Shown piece after piece: positions 39,174-47,068 of a stretch of DNA of 64,000 nt (position 1 is the stretch's first letter; each line of letters begins with the position of its first letter). The stretch is taken from positions 69,258 to 133,257 of the forward strand of contig JAHIVC010000010.1 in the NCBI GenBank assembly GCA_018816945.1. The letters run 5' to 3'. The notes below the pieces were generated by a model that made no database searches, had not been told where the DNA came from, and saw only the letters and a list, made by a program, of their open reading frames with translations. The DNA is from Bacteroidota bacterium. GTDB taxonomy: Bacteria; Bacteroidota; Bacteroidia; Bacteroidales; GCA-2711565. Both the position numbers and the translations under genes were made by a program.

Positions 39174-39212
39174 GGGATGGCGTCCCGACAAAGTCGGGAC
39201 GCCATCCCTTTT
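39174..39212 (+). terminator. very strong intrinsic terminator / REP-like hairpin
   Basis: GGGATGGCGTCCCGAC-AAA-GTCGGGACGCCATCCC, a 16-bp perfect stem, followed by TTTT. Confidence 0.85.
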
Positions 39213-39285
39213 CATTAGTTTACGGTTTGAAATCCCAATATTTTTACCATCTTTGTATTAGCATTTTGAAAAATCGTAAAAGCTG

Positions 39286-40128
39286 ATGGTTGAAGTTAAT
39301 TCGAATAAAAAAAAGGAAAAAAGCCCGGAGAAAGAAATGAGTTTCTGGGAGCATCTTGAAGAGCTTCGCTGGCACATCGTCAGGTCAGTAATTGCTATCG
39401 TGATTTTTGCCATTATAGCATTTCTAAATCGAGAAATAATATTTGATGTGGTCATTCTGGCCCCCAAGGATTCAAACTTTATTACCAATCGTATTCTCTG
39501 TCAAATTGCTGATTATCTATCAATCTCAGGACTATGTATCGGAGAAATGTCCTTAAAAATAATTAATATCAGCATGTCGGGACAGTTTATGACCCATATG
39601 TACATTTCGATGATCGTTGGTTTGGTTGCTGCATTCCCATACGTCATTTATCAAATCTGGAGTTTTATAAATCCGGCTCTGCATTCGAAAGAAAAAAAAT
39701 ACTCGGGTGGGGCTGTGATTGCAAGTTCCTTGCTTTTTATACTGGGCGTATTGTTCAGCTATTTCATAATAGTCCCATTAACGATTAACTTTTTTGGCAC
39801 CTATCAGGTAAGTGATGTTGTTGAAAACAGTATTTCGTTAGATTCATATATCAGTACCGTGGTTTCGGTGACCTTTGCAGTTGGTCTTGTATTTGAGTTG
39901 CCCATCTTAGTTTATTTTCTGACAAAAATCGGTATCATCACTCCCTCTTTTATGAAAAAAAACAGGAAGTACATGTTGGTAATCCTGTTGATCATTTCGG
40001 CGATTATAACCCCACCCGATGTCTTTAGCCAAATTCTGGTTGTTATTCCTTTATATGGGCTTTATGAATTAAGTATCAGCCTTTCAAAAAGGGTTTATAA
40101 AAAGCGGGTGATTGAAATGGAGGATTAG
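39286..40128 (+). CDS. tatC: twin-arginine translocase subunit TatC
   Basis: 280 aa; MSFWEHLEELRWHIVRS motif and six TM segments. ATG 39337 is an alternative start. Confidence 0.9.
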   Translation: MVEVNSNKKKEKSPEKEMSFWEHLEELRWHIVRSVIAIVIFAIIAFLNREIIFDVVILAPKDSNFITNRILCQIADYLSISGLCIGEMSLKIINISMSGQFMTHMYISMIVGLVAAFPYVIYQIWSFINPALHSKEKKYSGGAVIASSLLFILGVLFSYFIIVPLTINFFGTYQVSDVVENSISLDSYISTVVSVTFAVGLVFELPILVYFLTKIGIITPSFMKKNRKYMLVILLIISAIITPPDVFSQILVVIPLYGLYELSISLSKRVYKKRVIEMED

Positions 40129-40144
40129 TTCTCTATCCGATAAA

Positions 40145-40921
40145 TCAGTTTTTCTTTAAAAAATCAAACACCAATTCGGTAAATTTTTCAGGTGCTTCGG
40201 CATGGACCCAATGCGAAGTATTTTCAATAGTTACAATTTCAGCATTCGGGAAATTATATTTAATTGCTGGATAATCTTCGGGCAGGATATAATCCGATAA
40301 TCCGCCCCTGATAAATAAGGCAGGTTTATTAAAACGGTCAATGGTATCGATCCCATCAAAAAGCTCATTTAAATTTTCACAGATGGCCTCAAAATTAATT
40401 CTCCATGCGAGCTTATCTTTTTCTTTCCAGTATAAATTTTTCAGAATAAATTGACGGATCCGAAAATCGGGAATACGCTCTGTAAGCAACATATCGACCT
40501 CTATGCGCGAATTTACCATGTCGAAATTAATCCGGCGCATCCCATCAATAATTTTGGCATGGGAATTTCGGCTTGGATAAGCTCTAAGGCTGATATCTAC
40601 TATTACCACCTTTTTAATTAATTCCGAATTTTCAAGGGCAAAACGGGCACATACTTTGCCACCCATTGAATGGCCTATGATCACCGGATTTTCTATTTCT
40701 TGATCTTCAATAAATTCGTTAAGGTCGTCAGTTAGTGCCAGATAATTAAAAACAGGACTATGAGGCGATTGACCGTGATTTCGTTGATCGGGAATGTAAA
40801 CCTGATAACCCTGATCTGCCAGGTTTTTTCCAAAACTTACCCAATTATCGGAAATGCCAAACAGTCCATGAAGAATTATCACAGCAGGACCTTCGCCAAA
40901 TGTTCGATAAAATAATTTCAT
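40145..40921 (-). CDS. alpha/beta hydrolase
   Basis: 258 aa; HGLFG oxyanion motif and GHSMGG nucleophile elbow. Confidence 0.85.
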   Translation of the reverse strand: MKLFYRTFGEGPAVIILHGLFGISDNWVSFGKNLADQGYQVYIPDQRNHGQSPHSPVFNYLALTDDLNEFIEDQEIENPVIIGHSMGGKVCARFALENSELIKKVVIVDISLRAYPSRNSHAKIIDGMRRINFDMVNSRIEVDMLLTERIPDFRIRQFILKNLYWKEKDKLAWRINFEAICENLNELFDGIDTIDRFNKPALFIRGGLSDYILPEDYPAIKYNFPNAEIVTIENTSHWVHAEAPEKFTELVFDFLKKN

Positions 40922-40965
40922 CTTTTAAAATTAACGCCAGAGAATAGATTTTTTAAAATCAAATG

Positions 40966-41688
40966 TTATTTCCATGTTTTCAATTCCCTTAAATACAACT
41001 GTACCGTGTTTTCCAACCCAAGGTACAAGGCATCACTAATGAGTGCGTGGCCGATCGAAACTTCCAATAAACCGGGAATGTTTTCTGCGAAATATCTAAG
41101 ATTATGTAAATCCAAATCGTGACCGGCATTGATACCCAAACCAATTTCGTTGGCAACTTTCGCGGCTGCAATAAATGGGGCAATGGCTGCAACTCTATCT
41201 TTATGAAAATGGTCGGCATAGCTTTCAGTATATAACTCTATTCTGTCGGCACCTGTTTTCAATGCATTCCGGATCATTTTTTCATCTGTTTCAATAAAAA
41301 TGGAAGTCCGTATTCCATTTCTTTTGAATTCAGAAATCACTTCTTTCAGGAAGGATTCATTTTTAATCGTATCCCATCCGGCATTAGAAGTGATTGCATC
41401 CGGAGAGTCGGGAACCAAAGTAACTTGATGTGGTTTTACTTCCAATACCAAATCAATAAATTTAGGAACAGGGTTTCCCTCAATGTTAAATTCAACCCCG
41501 ATTTTAGGTTTGATATCCCTTGCATCCTGATAGCGGATATGTCGCTCGTCGGGGCGCGGATGCACCGTGATTCCCTGAGCACCGAATCTTTCGCAATCGA
41601 TTGCCGCTTTTAAAACATTGGGATAGTTGCCACCTCGGGCATTTCGGATGGTGGCAATTTTATTGATATTAACGCTGAGTTTGGTCAT
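40966..41688 (-). CDS. pdxJ: pyridoxine 5'-phosphate synthase
   Basis: [17 protein letters not shown]...[12 protein letters not shown] motifs. Start set to ATG 41688. Confidence 0.93.
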   Translation of the reverse strand: MTKLSVNINKIATIRNARGGNYPNVLKAAIDCERFGAQGITVHPRPDERHIRYQDARDIKPKIGVEFNIEGNPVPKFIDLVLEVKPHQVTLVPDSPDAITSNAGWDTIKNESFLKEVISEFKRNGIRTSIFIETDEKMIRNALKTGADRIELYTESYADHFHKDRVAAIAPFIAAAKVANEIGLGINAGHDLDLHNLRYFAENIPGLLEVSIGHALISDALYLGLENTVQLYLRELKTWK

Positions 41689-41728
41689 TTTGATTATGTA
41701 TTTACACAAAATTAGTAATAATTCTCAT

Positions 41729-41763
41729 CTTGAGTCCCCTATCTTGAGTCTTGAGTCTCGAAT
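41729..41763. repeat. heptamer word array: CTTGAGT CCCCTAT CTTGAGT CTTGAGT CTCGAAT
   Basis: Tandem 7-nt units; the reverse complement AGACTCA is the same word family as at 6594 and 13381. Confidence 0.85.
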
Positions 41764-41826
41764 ATTGATACTTCATTGTCGGACTTTTATTCAATTATCG
41801 TAAATTAGGGTTTTAATTTCGATAGA

Positions 41827-42279
41827 ATGAGAGTTGTAATACAAAGAGTTTCGGAGGCTTCGGTTAGCATTGATAAAAAGGTAAAGGCCGAAATTAAAAA
41901 AGGCTTATTGATTTTGCTGGGCATCGAAAATGCAGATTCATTTGAAGATATTGAATGGCTATGTCGCAAAATATCGCAATTGCGAATTTTTGATGATGCC
42001 AATGGAGTGATGAATCTGGATGTGAAAGAAATTGGCGGAGAAGTAATTGTAGTGAGTCAATTTACCTTGCATGCCAGCACCAAAAAAGGCAATCGTCCTT
42101 CTTATATTTGTGCTGCAAAACCTGATGTGGCTGTTCCACTTTACGAACAGTTTGTTAGTCAATTTGAAAAAGAAATTGGAAAAAAAATTCAAACCGGTAT
42201 GTTTGGGGCCGAAATGGAAGTTACTTTGACAAATGATGGCCCTGTTACCATTATTCTAGATTCAAAGAATAAAGAATAA
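41827..42279 (+). CDS. dtd: D-aminoacyl-tRNA deacylase
   Basis: 150 aa; MRVVIQRV start and SQFTL motif. Confidence 0.93.
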   Translation: MRVVIQRVSEASVSIDKKVKAEIKKGLLILLGIENADSFEDIEWLCRKISQLRIFDDANGVMNLDVKEIGGEVIVVSQFTLHASTKKGNRPSYICAAKPDVAVPLYEQFVSQFEKEIGKKIQTGMFGAEMEVTLTNDGPVTIILDSKNKE

Positions 42280-42341
42280 GTTCGGAACAGTCATTATAAA
42301 TAATTGGGTTAATTTTTTATATTTAACAAAAAGATAAAGCA

Positions 42342-42749
42342 ATGTTTATATTTCCCTGGATGGATAAATATTCTGTGCATGTTGATTCGATTGATGCGCA
42401 GCACCAGAAATTGGTAGAATTATTAAATAACCTTGCTTCCGCAATGTCGAGCGGCAAAGGAAATCTCGTTCTGGAAACTACCTTAAATGAATTGATAGAT
42501 TATACTCTTTATCACTTTGGGGATGAAGAAATATATTTTTCTCGGATAAATTATCCTCAAGCTGAAGATCATCTTCTGGAACACCGTAAACTGATAGAAA
42601 AGGTATCACAATTTAAACTTGATTTTGAGGCAAAAAAAGTTGGGCTCAGCATTGAGTTAATGCGATTTTTAAAAGAGTGGCTTATTAACCACATTAGTGG
42701 AACAGATAAGCAATTAGGCATGATGTTAAATAAAGCAGGAATAAAATAA
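42342..42749 (+). CDS. bacteriohemerythrin
   Basis: 135 aa; W-x-D-x-YSV-x-V-x-x-ID-x-QH N-terminus plus the His/Glu/Asp iron ligand pattern (HF, HRKL, WLINHI). Confidence 0.85.
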   Translation: MFIFPWMDKYSVHVDSIDAQHQKLVELLNNLASAMSSGKGNLVLETTLNELIDYTLYHFGDEEIYFSRINYPQAEDHLLEHRKLIEKVSQFKLDFEAKKVGLSIELMRFLKEWLINHISGTDKQLGMMLNKAGIK

Positions 42750-43234
42750 TGAGTTTGAAAAATATTTTACTTTTAGGGGATCCCAGATTGTATGAGCTAT
42801 CAGTAGCTGTAAAAAAAGAAGAATTGGATGAAATTAAATACGCTATTGACATCCTACATAGGGCTTTAATGGAATACAAGGAAAAATACAAAGCCGGCAG
42901 GGCTATCGCAGCTCCGCAGATTGGGGTCATGAAACGGTTTATTTATGTCAATATTGATAAGCCAATTGTGATCATTAATCCGGTTTTATTCGATTTTAGT
43001 GAAGAAAAAATCATTCTTTGGGATGATTGTTTTTCATTCCCAAATCTATTTGTAAAAGTTGAACGGGCCAAAAAGGTAAAGATGACTTTTCGTGATATGA
43101 ATTGGGAGGAATATACCTGGCAACTTGAAGATGATCTTTCGGAGCTTATTCAACATGAATACGACCACCTTGATGGTATTTTAGCTACACAAAGAGCTAT
43201 AGATAATAAGTCGTTTAAAATGATTGGAAGCTAA
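42749..43234 (+). CDS. def: peptide deformylase paralogue (short, atypical motif 2)
   Basis: 161 aa; motif 1 GRAIAAPQIG and motif 3 QHEYDHLDG are present. Motif 2 reads DDCFSF instead of EGCLS. The ATG overlaps the hemerythrin TAA (TAATG). Confidence 0.8.
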   Translation: MSLKNILLLGDPRLYELSVAVKKEELDEIKYAIDILHRALMEYKEKYKAGRAIAAPQIGVMKRFIYVNIDKPIVIINPVLFDFSEEKIILWDDCFSFPNLFVKVERAKKVKMTFRDMNWEEYTWQLEDDLSELIQHEYDHLDGILATQRAIDNKSFKMIGS

Positions 43235-43249
43235 ATGTGCCGGAATTAA

Positions 43250-43285
43250 GAATACAGTAGACAGTAGTTAGTATTTCGTAGGTAA
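43250..43285. repeat. heptamer word array and left arm of an 18-bp perfect inverted repeat (GAATACAGTAGACAGTAG)
   Basis: AATACAG TAGACAG TAGTTAG TATTTCG TAGGTAA. Positions 43250-43267 are the exact reverse complement of 43529-43546. Confidence 0.9.
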
Positions 43286-43313
43286 AAATCAAAGGTTTTG
43301 TTTAATATGTTTT

Positions 43314-43355
43314 TGTCTACTGACTTCTGTATTCTGTCTACTGTCTACTGACTGA
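43314..43355. repeat. heptamer word array: TGTCTAC TGACTTC TGTATTC TGTCTAC TGTCTAC TGACTGA
   Basis: Six tandem 7-nt units. Positions 43338-43350 are also complementary to 43255-43267. Confidence 0.9.
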
Positions 43356-43515
43356 TATCCACCGAATGTCAATCATAAAAAAAGTGTTTTTGTGTTTAAT
43401 TGTTAACGTGTATAAAAAAATCTGAGCCATACTTAATCTCAATCCCAAATTTTATATAAATCTTTATGAATCAACTTAAATACCATGCTCTTAAAAAGCC
43501 GCCCCAAACAAAAAC

Positions 43516-43553
43516 TACTGTCTACTGACTACTGTCTACTGTATTCTCAATAC
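43516..43553. repeat. heptamer word array and right arm of the inverted repeat (CTACTGTCTACTGTATTC)
   Basis: TGTCTAC TGACTAC TGTCTAC TGTATTC TCAATAC. Confidence 0.9.
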
Positions 43554-43615
43554 TAGCCAATAAGGAATATCGATTAAAAATAACTCTATAAGAGAGCGGT
43601 TTTCCCGAAAGAAAC

Positions 43616-43999
43616 TTACTGTAATTTCCCCATAAATTCGGCCTGATCGATAATAAACCGGGTATGAATTCCAAATCCAATTTTACCATTTTCATCGTTA
43701 GCGCTAACCTCAAAAATAATTTTTTTACGGTCAACTTCAGTCACGATTGACTTACAGTTTACTTTTTTCCCAATAGGGGTTGCTTTTACATGCTGAATAT
43801 GAAGTTCGGTACCCACCGTTGTATATCCTACAGGCAAAAGATGATTTACACATTCGAGTGCAGTTTTTTCCATTAAGGCAATCATAGCAGGTGTGGCAAA
43901 AACATCAACCATCCCCGAACCATAGTTAGTAGCCGAATCTTGAAGGCTCACTATTTTTTCTGTTTCAAATGATAATCCAACTTTTATATCATCAAACAT
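43616..43999 (-). CDS. hotdog-fold thioesterase family protein
   Basis: 127 aa; size and sequence typical of small hotdog-fold thioesterases. Confidence 0.7.
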   Translation of the reverse strand: MFDDIKVGLSFETEKIVSLQDSATNYGSGMVDVFATPAMIALMEKTALECVNHLLPVGYTTVGTELHIQHVKATPIGKKVNCKSIVTEVDRKKIIFEVSANDENGKIGFGIHTRFIIDQAEFMGKLQ

Positions 44000-44000
44000 A

Positions 44001-44408
44001 CTAGCAATATTTAAAATTTACGCTTTGTTTTAAATCGGGATGTAAACTTTTTGCAACGGGGCATGTCAATGCAGAGACTTCAATAATTTTTTTCTGTTTT
44101 TCAGTATAGTTATTTGGTGGAAAAGTAAAATCAATAATTACTTCAGAAATCCTTCTGGGATCAGAAGCCATCACTTTGGTGATTTCTATTTGAGTACCGT
44201 CAATATTGAAATGATGGTTGTTGGCAGCAATTCCAACAATCGTTATCATGCAACTTCCAAGTGCAGTAGCTACTAAATCAGTCGGCGAAAAAGCTTCCCC
44301 TTTTCCCTGATTATCGATGGGTGCATCCGTAATAATTTTGATACCGGATTGTTGATGCTGTGCTTCTGTCCTTAATCCTCCAATGTATTTTGTCTTTGTA
44401 GTTATCAT
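44001..44408 (-). CDS. OsmC family peroxiredoxin-like protein
   Basis: 135 aa; SPTDLVATALGSCM and ALTCPVAKSL Cys motifs. Confidence 0.85.
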   Translation of the reverse strand: MITTKTKYIGGLRTEAQHQQSGIKIITDAPIDNQGKGEAFSPTDLVATALGSCMITIVGIAANNHHFNIDGTQIEITKVMASDPRRISEVIIDFTFPPNNYTEKQKKIIEVSALTCPVAKSLHPDLKQSVNFKYC

Positions 44409-44462
44409 AAATCAAAGTTTTATTTCAAAGGTAATCATTAAGAAATTTGTGATGAAGAAAGG

Positions 44463-44492
44463 ATAAAAAAAAGCCTCAACAAATTGAGGCTT
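44463..44492 (-). terminator. intrinsic terminator after the small Cys/Lys-rich gene
   Basis: On the minus strand, AAGCCTCAA-TTTG-TTGAGGCTT is followed by eight T. Confidence 0.8.
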
Positions 44493-44513
44493 CCATAACT
44501 TATTTTAAAAGTA

Positions 44514-44741
44514 TTATTTCTTTTTCTTTTTTTCGGTTTTCTTTGTTGTATCACAAGCTTTTGAAGTTTCGCAACATGCTTTTTTGGCAGCAGCATCACA
44601 TTCTTTTGTTTCTGCTGTTTTTGTAGTAACTTCTGTAGTAGTTTTTTTAACTTCCTTCTTTTGTGGATCTTGTGCATTAACTGATATAGTTCCTATAGCA
44701 ATAAAAGCAACAACTGCTATGCCTAAAATTATTTTTTTCAT
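44514..44741 (-). CDS. small secreted Lys/Thr/Cys-rich protein
   Basis: 75 aa; clear signal peptide (cleavage near VNA-QD). The mature ~52 aa carry four Cys (ECD...KKACCETSKACD) and a poly-Lys tail. The gene has its own terminator. Confidence 0.6.
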   Translation of the reverse strand: MKKIILGIAVVAFIAIGTISVNAQDPQKKEVKKTTTEVTTKTAETKECDAAAKKACCETSKACDTTKKTEKKKKK

Positions 44742-44804
44742 ATAGTTCTTTTTAGAGTTATAATTATTTCTTTACACAAATTTAGTTTTAATATGATCCA
44801 TTTT

Positions 44805-44842
44805 TGTTAAGTGGCTGTTAAAAACTGTTAATGAATTGTTAA
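44805..44842. promoter_or_regulatory. four direct TGTTAA repeats spaced 11/10/11 bp apart
   Basis: Copies start at 44805, 44816, 44826 and 44837, giving the helical phasing typical of OmpR/PhoB-family binding sites. They lie in the divergent spacer between the small secreted-protein gene and the HK-RR operon. Confidence 0.5.
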
Positions 44843-44884
44843 TTAAAAATTGAGGATGATTTGATCGTTGTATATTTGTGTTGT

Positions 44885-44892
44885 TAATTTTG
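44885..44892 (+). promoter_or_regulatory. putative -7 promoter box TAATTTTG inside the palindrome GTTAATT-TTG-AATTAAC
   Basis: Fits TAnnTTTG; 62 nt upstream of the HK ATG 44954. Confidence 0.45.
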
Positions 44893-44953
44893 AATTAACG
44901 CCTACAAAATGACAGACTTAAGAATTCCGGAGTTTTAAATAATTTGATGTGCC

Positions 44954-46273
44954 ATGACAAAAATTAGTGAACGATTGAAGAAAGAATTTTTCAGGTTCAT
45001 TGTTGTCATTGCTTCAATTTCGATGGTTGGCATTATGTTTACTCAATTATATTGGGTGAAAAAAGCAGTTGATTTTAAGGAAGAACAATTTAATAATGGG
45101 GTACTCATTGCAATGAAAACGGTCGTTAATCAACTTTTAAATGACCATACCGACTCAACTTTAGTCATGATGAAAGCCAACCCCAATTGCATAGTGCTGA
45201 AGACTAAATTAACGGATATTATTGATAAAAATACGCTTTTTAAGCTAGTTAAAACTGAGCTTGATTGTTTGCAGATTAATAACAATTACGAGTATGGCGT
45301 TTACGATCGTAGGACCGGGATTTTTTTAATGGGTTCTTATTTGAATTATGAAAAGGAAATCATGAACTCACAACATAATGTATCATTGAGTTGTCTCTGT
45401 GATTCGGATCAGTATTTTCTGGGGATTTATTTTCCACACCAAACAAGCCAAATATTGCTTAATATGATTGGATGGCTAATGCTTTCGGCTTTCTTTATCA
45501 TCATAGTCATCATCAGTTTTTGGTATACGGTAGTCAGTATGTTCAGGCAAAAGAGACTTTCAGAAATGAAATCGGATTTCGTAAACAATATGACCCATGA
45601 GTTTAAGACGCCAATTTCTACGATTTCGCTGGCAAGTGAAATGTTGTTAAGACCCAATGTTTATGAGTCGGCCGAGAAAACGCAGAAATATGCCAGTATT
45701 ATTTTTGATGAAAATACGCGACTCGAGAATCAAGTTGAAAGGGTTTTGCAAATTTCAATACTGGATAAAGGAGATATGAAAATCAGGCCCAAAGAAATTG
45801 ACATCCACCATATTATTAATAAGGTTGTGGATCATTTCAAATTAGGGTTAAAAAAGAGGAATGGGAAAATCAAGATTGAATTAAATGCCAAAAATCCAAT
45901 TATTTTGGCCGATCGGGTTCATATAGTAAACGTAATTTCCAATTTGCTCGATAATGCCAAAAAATACACAGATCGCAATCCTGAGATATTGATATCTACA
46001 AAAAATGCCAAAGATGGAATACTGATTGATATTCAGGATAATGGCATCGGTATCAGTAGCGAAAACCAAAAACAGATATTTAAAAAACTCTATAGGGTTC
46101 CAACCGGAAACATTCATAATGTGAAAGGTTTTGGAATTGGCTTGTACTACGTGAAGACCATGATTGAGGCTCATGGCGGCTATATTAAAATTAATTCAGA
46201 ATTAGGAAAGGGAAGTAAATTCGAACTTTACTTACCTTTTGTTCCAATTACTAAAGAGGAATCTTATGAGTGA
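44954..46273 (+). CDS. sensor histidine kinase
   Basis: 439 aa; two TM segments around an extracytoplasmic domain, H-box HEFKTPISTI, and HATPase N/G boxes (NLLDNAKKY, GFGIGLY). Confidence 0.9.
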   Translation: MTKISERLKKEFFRFIVVIASISMVGIMFTQLYWVKKAVDFKEEQFNNGVLIAMKTVVNQLLNDHTDSTLVMMKANPNCIVLKTKLTDIIDKNTLFKLVKTELDCLQINNNYEYGVYDRRTGIFLMGSYLNYEKEIMNSQHNVSLSCLCDSDQYFLGIYFPHQTSQILLNMIGWLMLSAFFIIIVIISFWYTVVSMFRQKRLSEMKSDFVNNMTHEFKTPISTISLASEMLLRPNVYESAEKTQKYASIIFDENTRLENQVERVLQISILDKGDMKIRPKEIDIHHIINKVVDHFKLGLKKRNGKIKIELNAKNPIILADRVHIVNVISNLLDNAKKYTDRNPEILISTKNAKDGILIDIQDNGIGISSENQKQIFKKLYRVPTGNIHNVKGFGIGLYYVKTMIEAHGGYIKINSELGKGSKFELYLPFVPITKEESYE

Positions 46274-46982
46274 AAGAATTAAAATATTGCTGGTTGAGGA
46301 TGATCCCAACTTAAGTCTGGTTCTCCTCGATTATTTAGAAATGCTTGGATACGAGATAAAACTTTGTAAAGATGGCGAAGAAGGGTTGAAAGCATTTAAA
46401 CGTCATCGTTTTGATTTGTGTGTGTTTGATGTAATGATGCCCAAAAAAGATGGCTTTAGTCTGGCTGAAGATATCCGTGCCACCAATCAGATAATCCCGA
46501 TCATTTTTCTTACTGCAAAATCATTAAAAGAAGATCGGATTAAGGGTTTTCAGCTTGGTTGCGACGATTATATAACAAAACCATTTAGCACTGAAGAACT
46601 TAGCCTTCGGATCAGAGCAATTTTAAAACGTTGTCAAGTTATACAGGAGACCAATAATGGTACTGAATCTAATTATCAGATCGGGATATTTTCATTTGAT
46701 TCAAAGAATATGACCTTGCGAACATCGGATCTTGAATACAACTTAACCAGAAAAGAATCGGGTTTACTAAAACTTTTATGTTTGCACAAAAATAAATTGC
46801 TTTCAAGAGAATATGCATTGAAAATGATATGGGGCGAAAATGATTATTTTATCGGGAGAAGCATGGATGTTTTCATCGCCAAACTCCGAAAATACCTAAA
46901 GGCCGATCCCAATATTTCAATAAATAATGTGCATGGAACCGGATTCAAGCTTGAGGTTATTGAAAAAGCCCAAGAGAAATAG
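46266..46982 (+). CDS. OmpR/PhoB-family response regulator
   Basis: Receiver domain (ILLVEDD...DVMMPKKDG...TAK) plus a winged-helix output domain. Its ATG overlaps the HK stop (ATGAGTGA). Confidence 0.92.
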   Translation: MSERIKILLVEDDPNLSLVLLDYLEMLGYEIKLCKDGEEGLKAFKRHRFDLCVFDVMMPKKDGFSLAEDIRATNQIIPIIFLTAKSLKEDRIKGFQLGCDDYITKPFSTEELSLRIRAILKRCQVIQETNNGTESNYQIGIFSFDSKNMTLRTSDLEYNLTRKESGLLKLLCLHKNKLLSREYALKMIWGENDYFIGRSMDVFIAKLRKYLKADPNISINNVHGTGFKLEVIEKAQEK

Positions 46983-47000
46983 ATTTCCTATTAGTAAATA

Positions 47001-47035
47001 AGAAGACAGAAGTCAGAATATAGAATATAGAATAT
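47001..47035. repeat. heptamer word array: AGAAGAC AGAAGTC AGAATAT AGAATAT AGAATAT
   Basis: Five tandem 7-nt units in the convergent spacer. Confidence 0.9.
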
Positions 47036-47068
47036 GATCTTCCTTAATTGATACTAAATTTTATCTAA

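Noticed and set aside
38970-39215. 81-aa minus-strand ORF (MKRDGVPTLSGRHPKASQ...)
   Set aside because: It is a read-through of the two GC-rich hairpins and the antisense 3' end of the DsrE-like gene, not a credible protein.
44438-44677. 79-aa Lys/Gln-rich minus-strand ORF
   Set aside because: It is an alternative frame of the same locus as 44514-44741. That frame has a signal peptide and ends before the terminator, whereas this one runs through the terminator hairpin.
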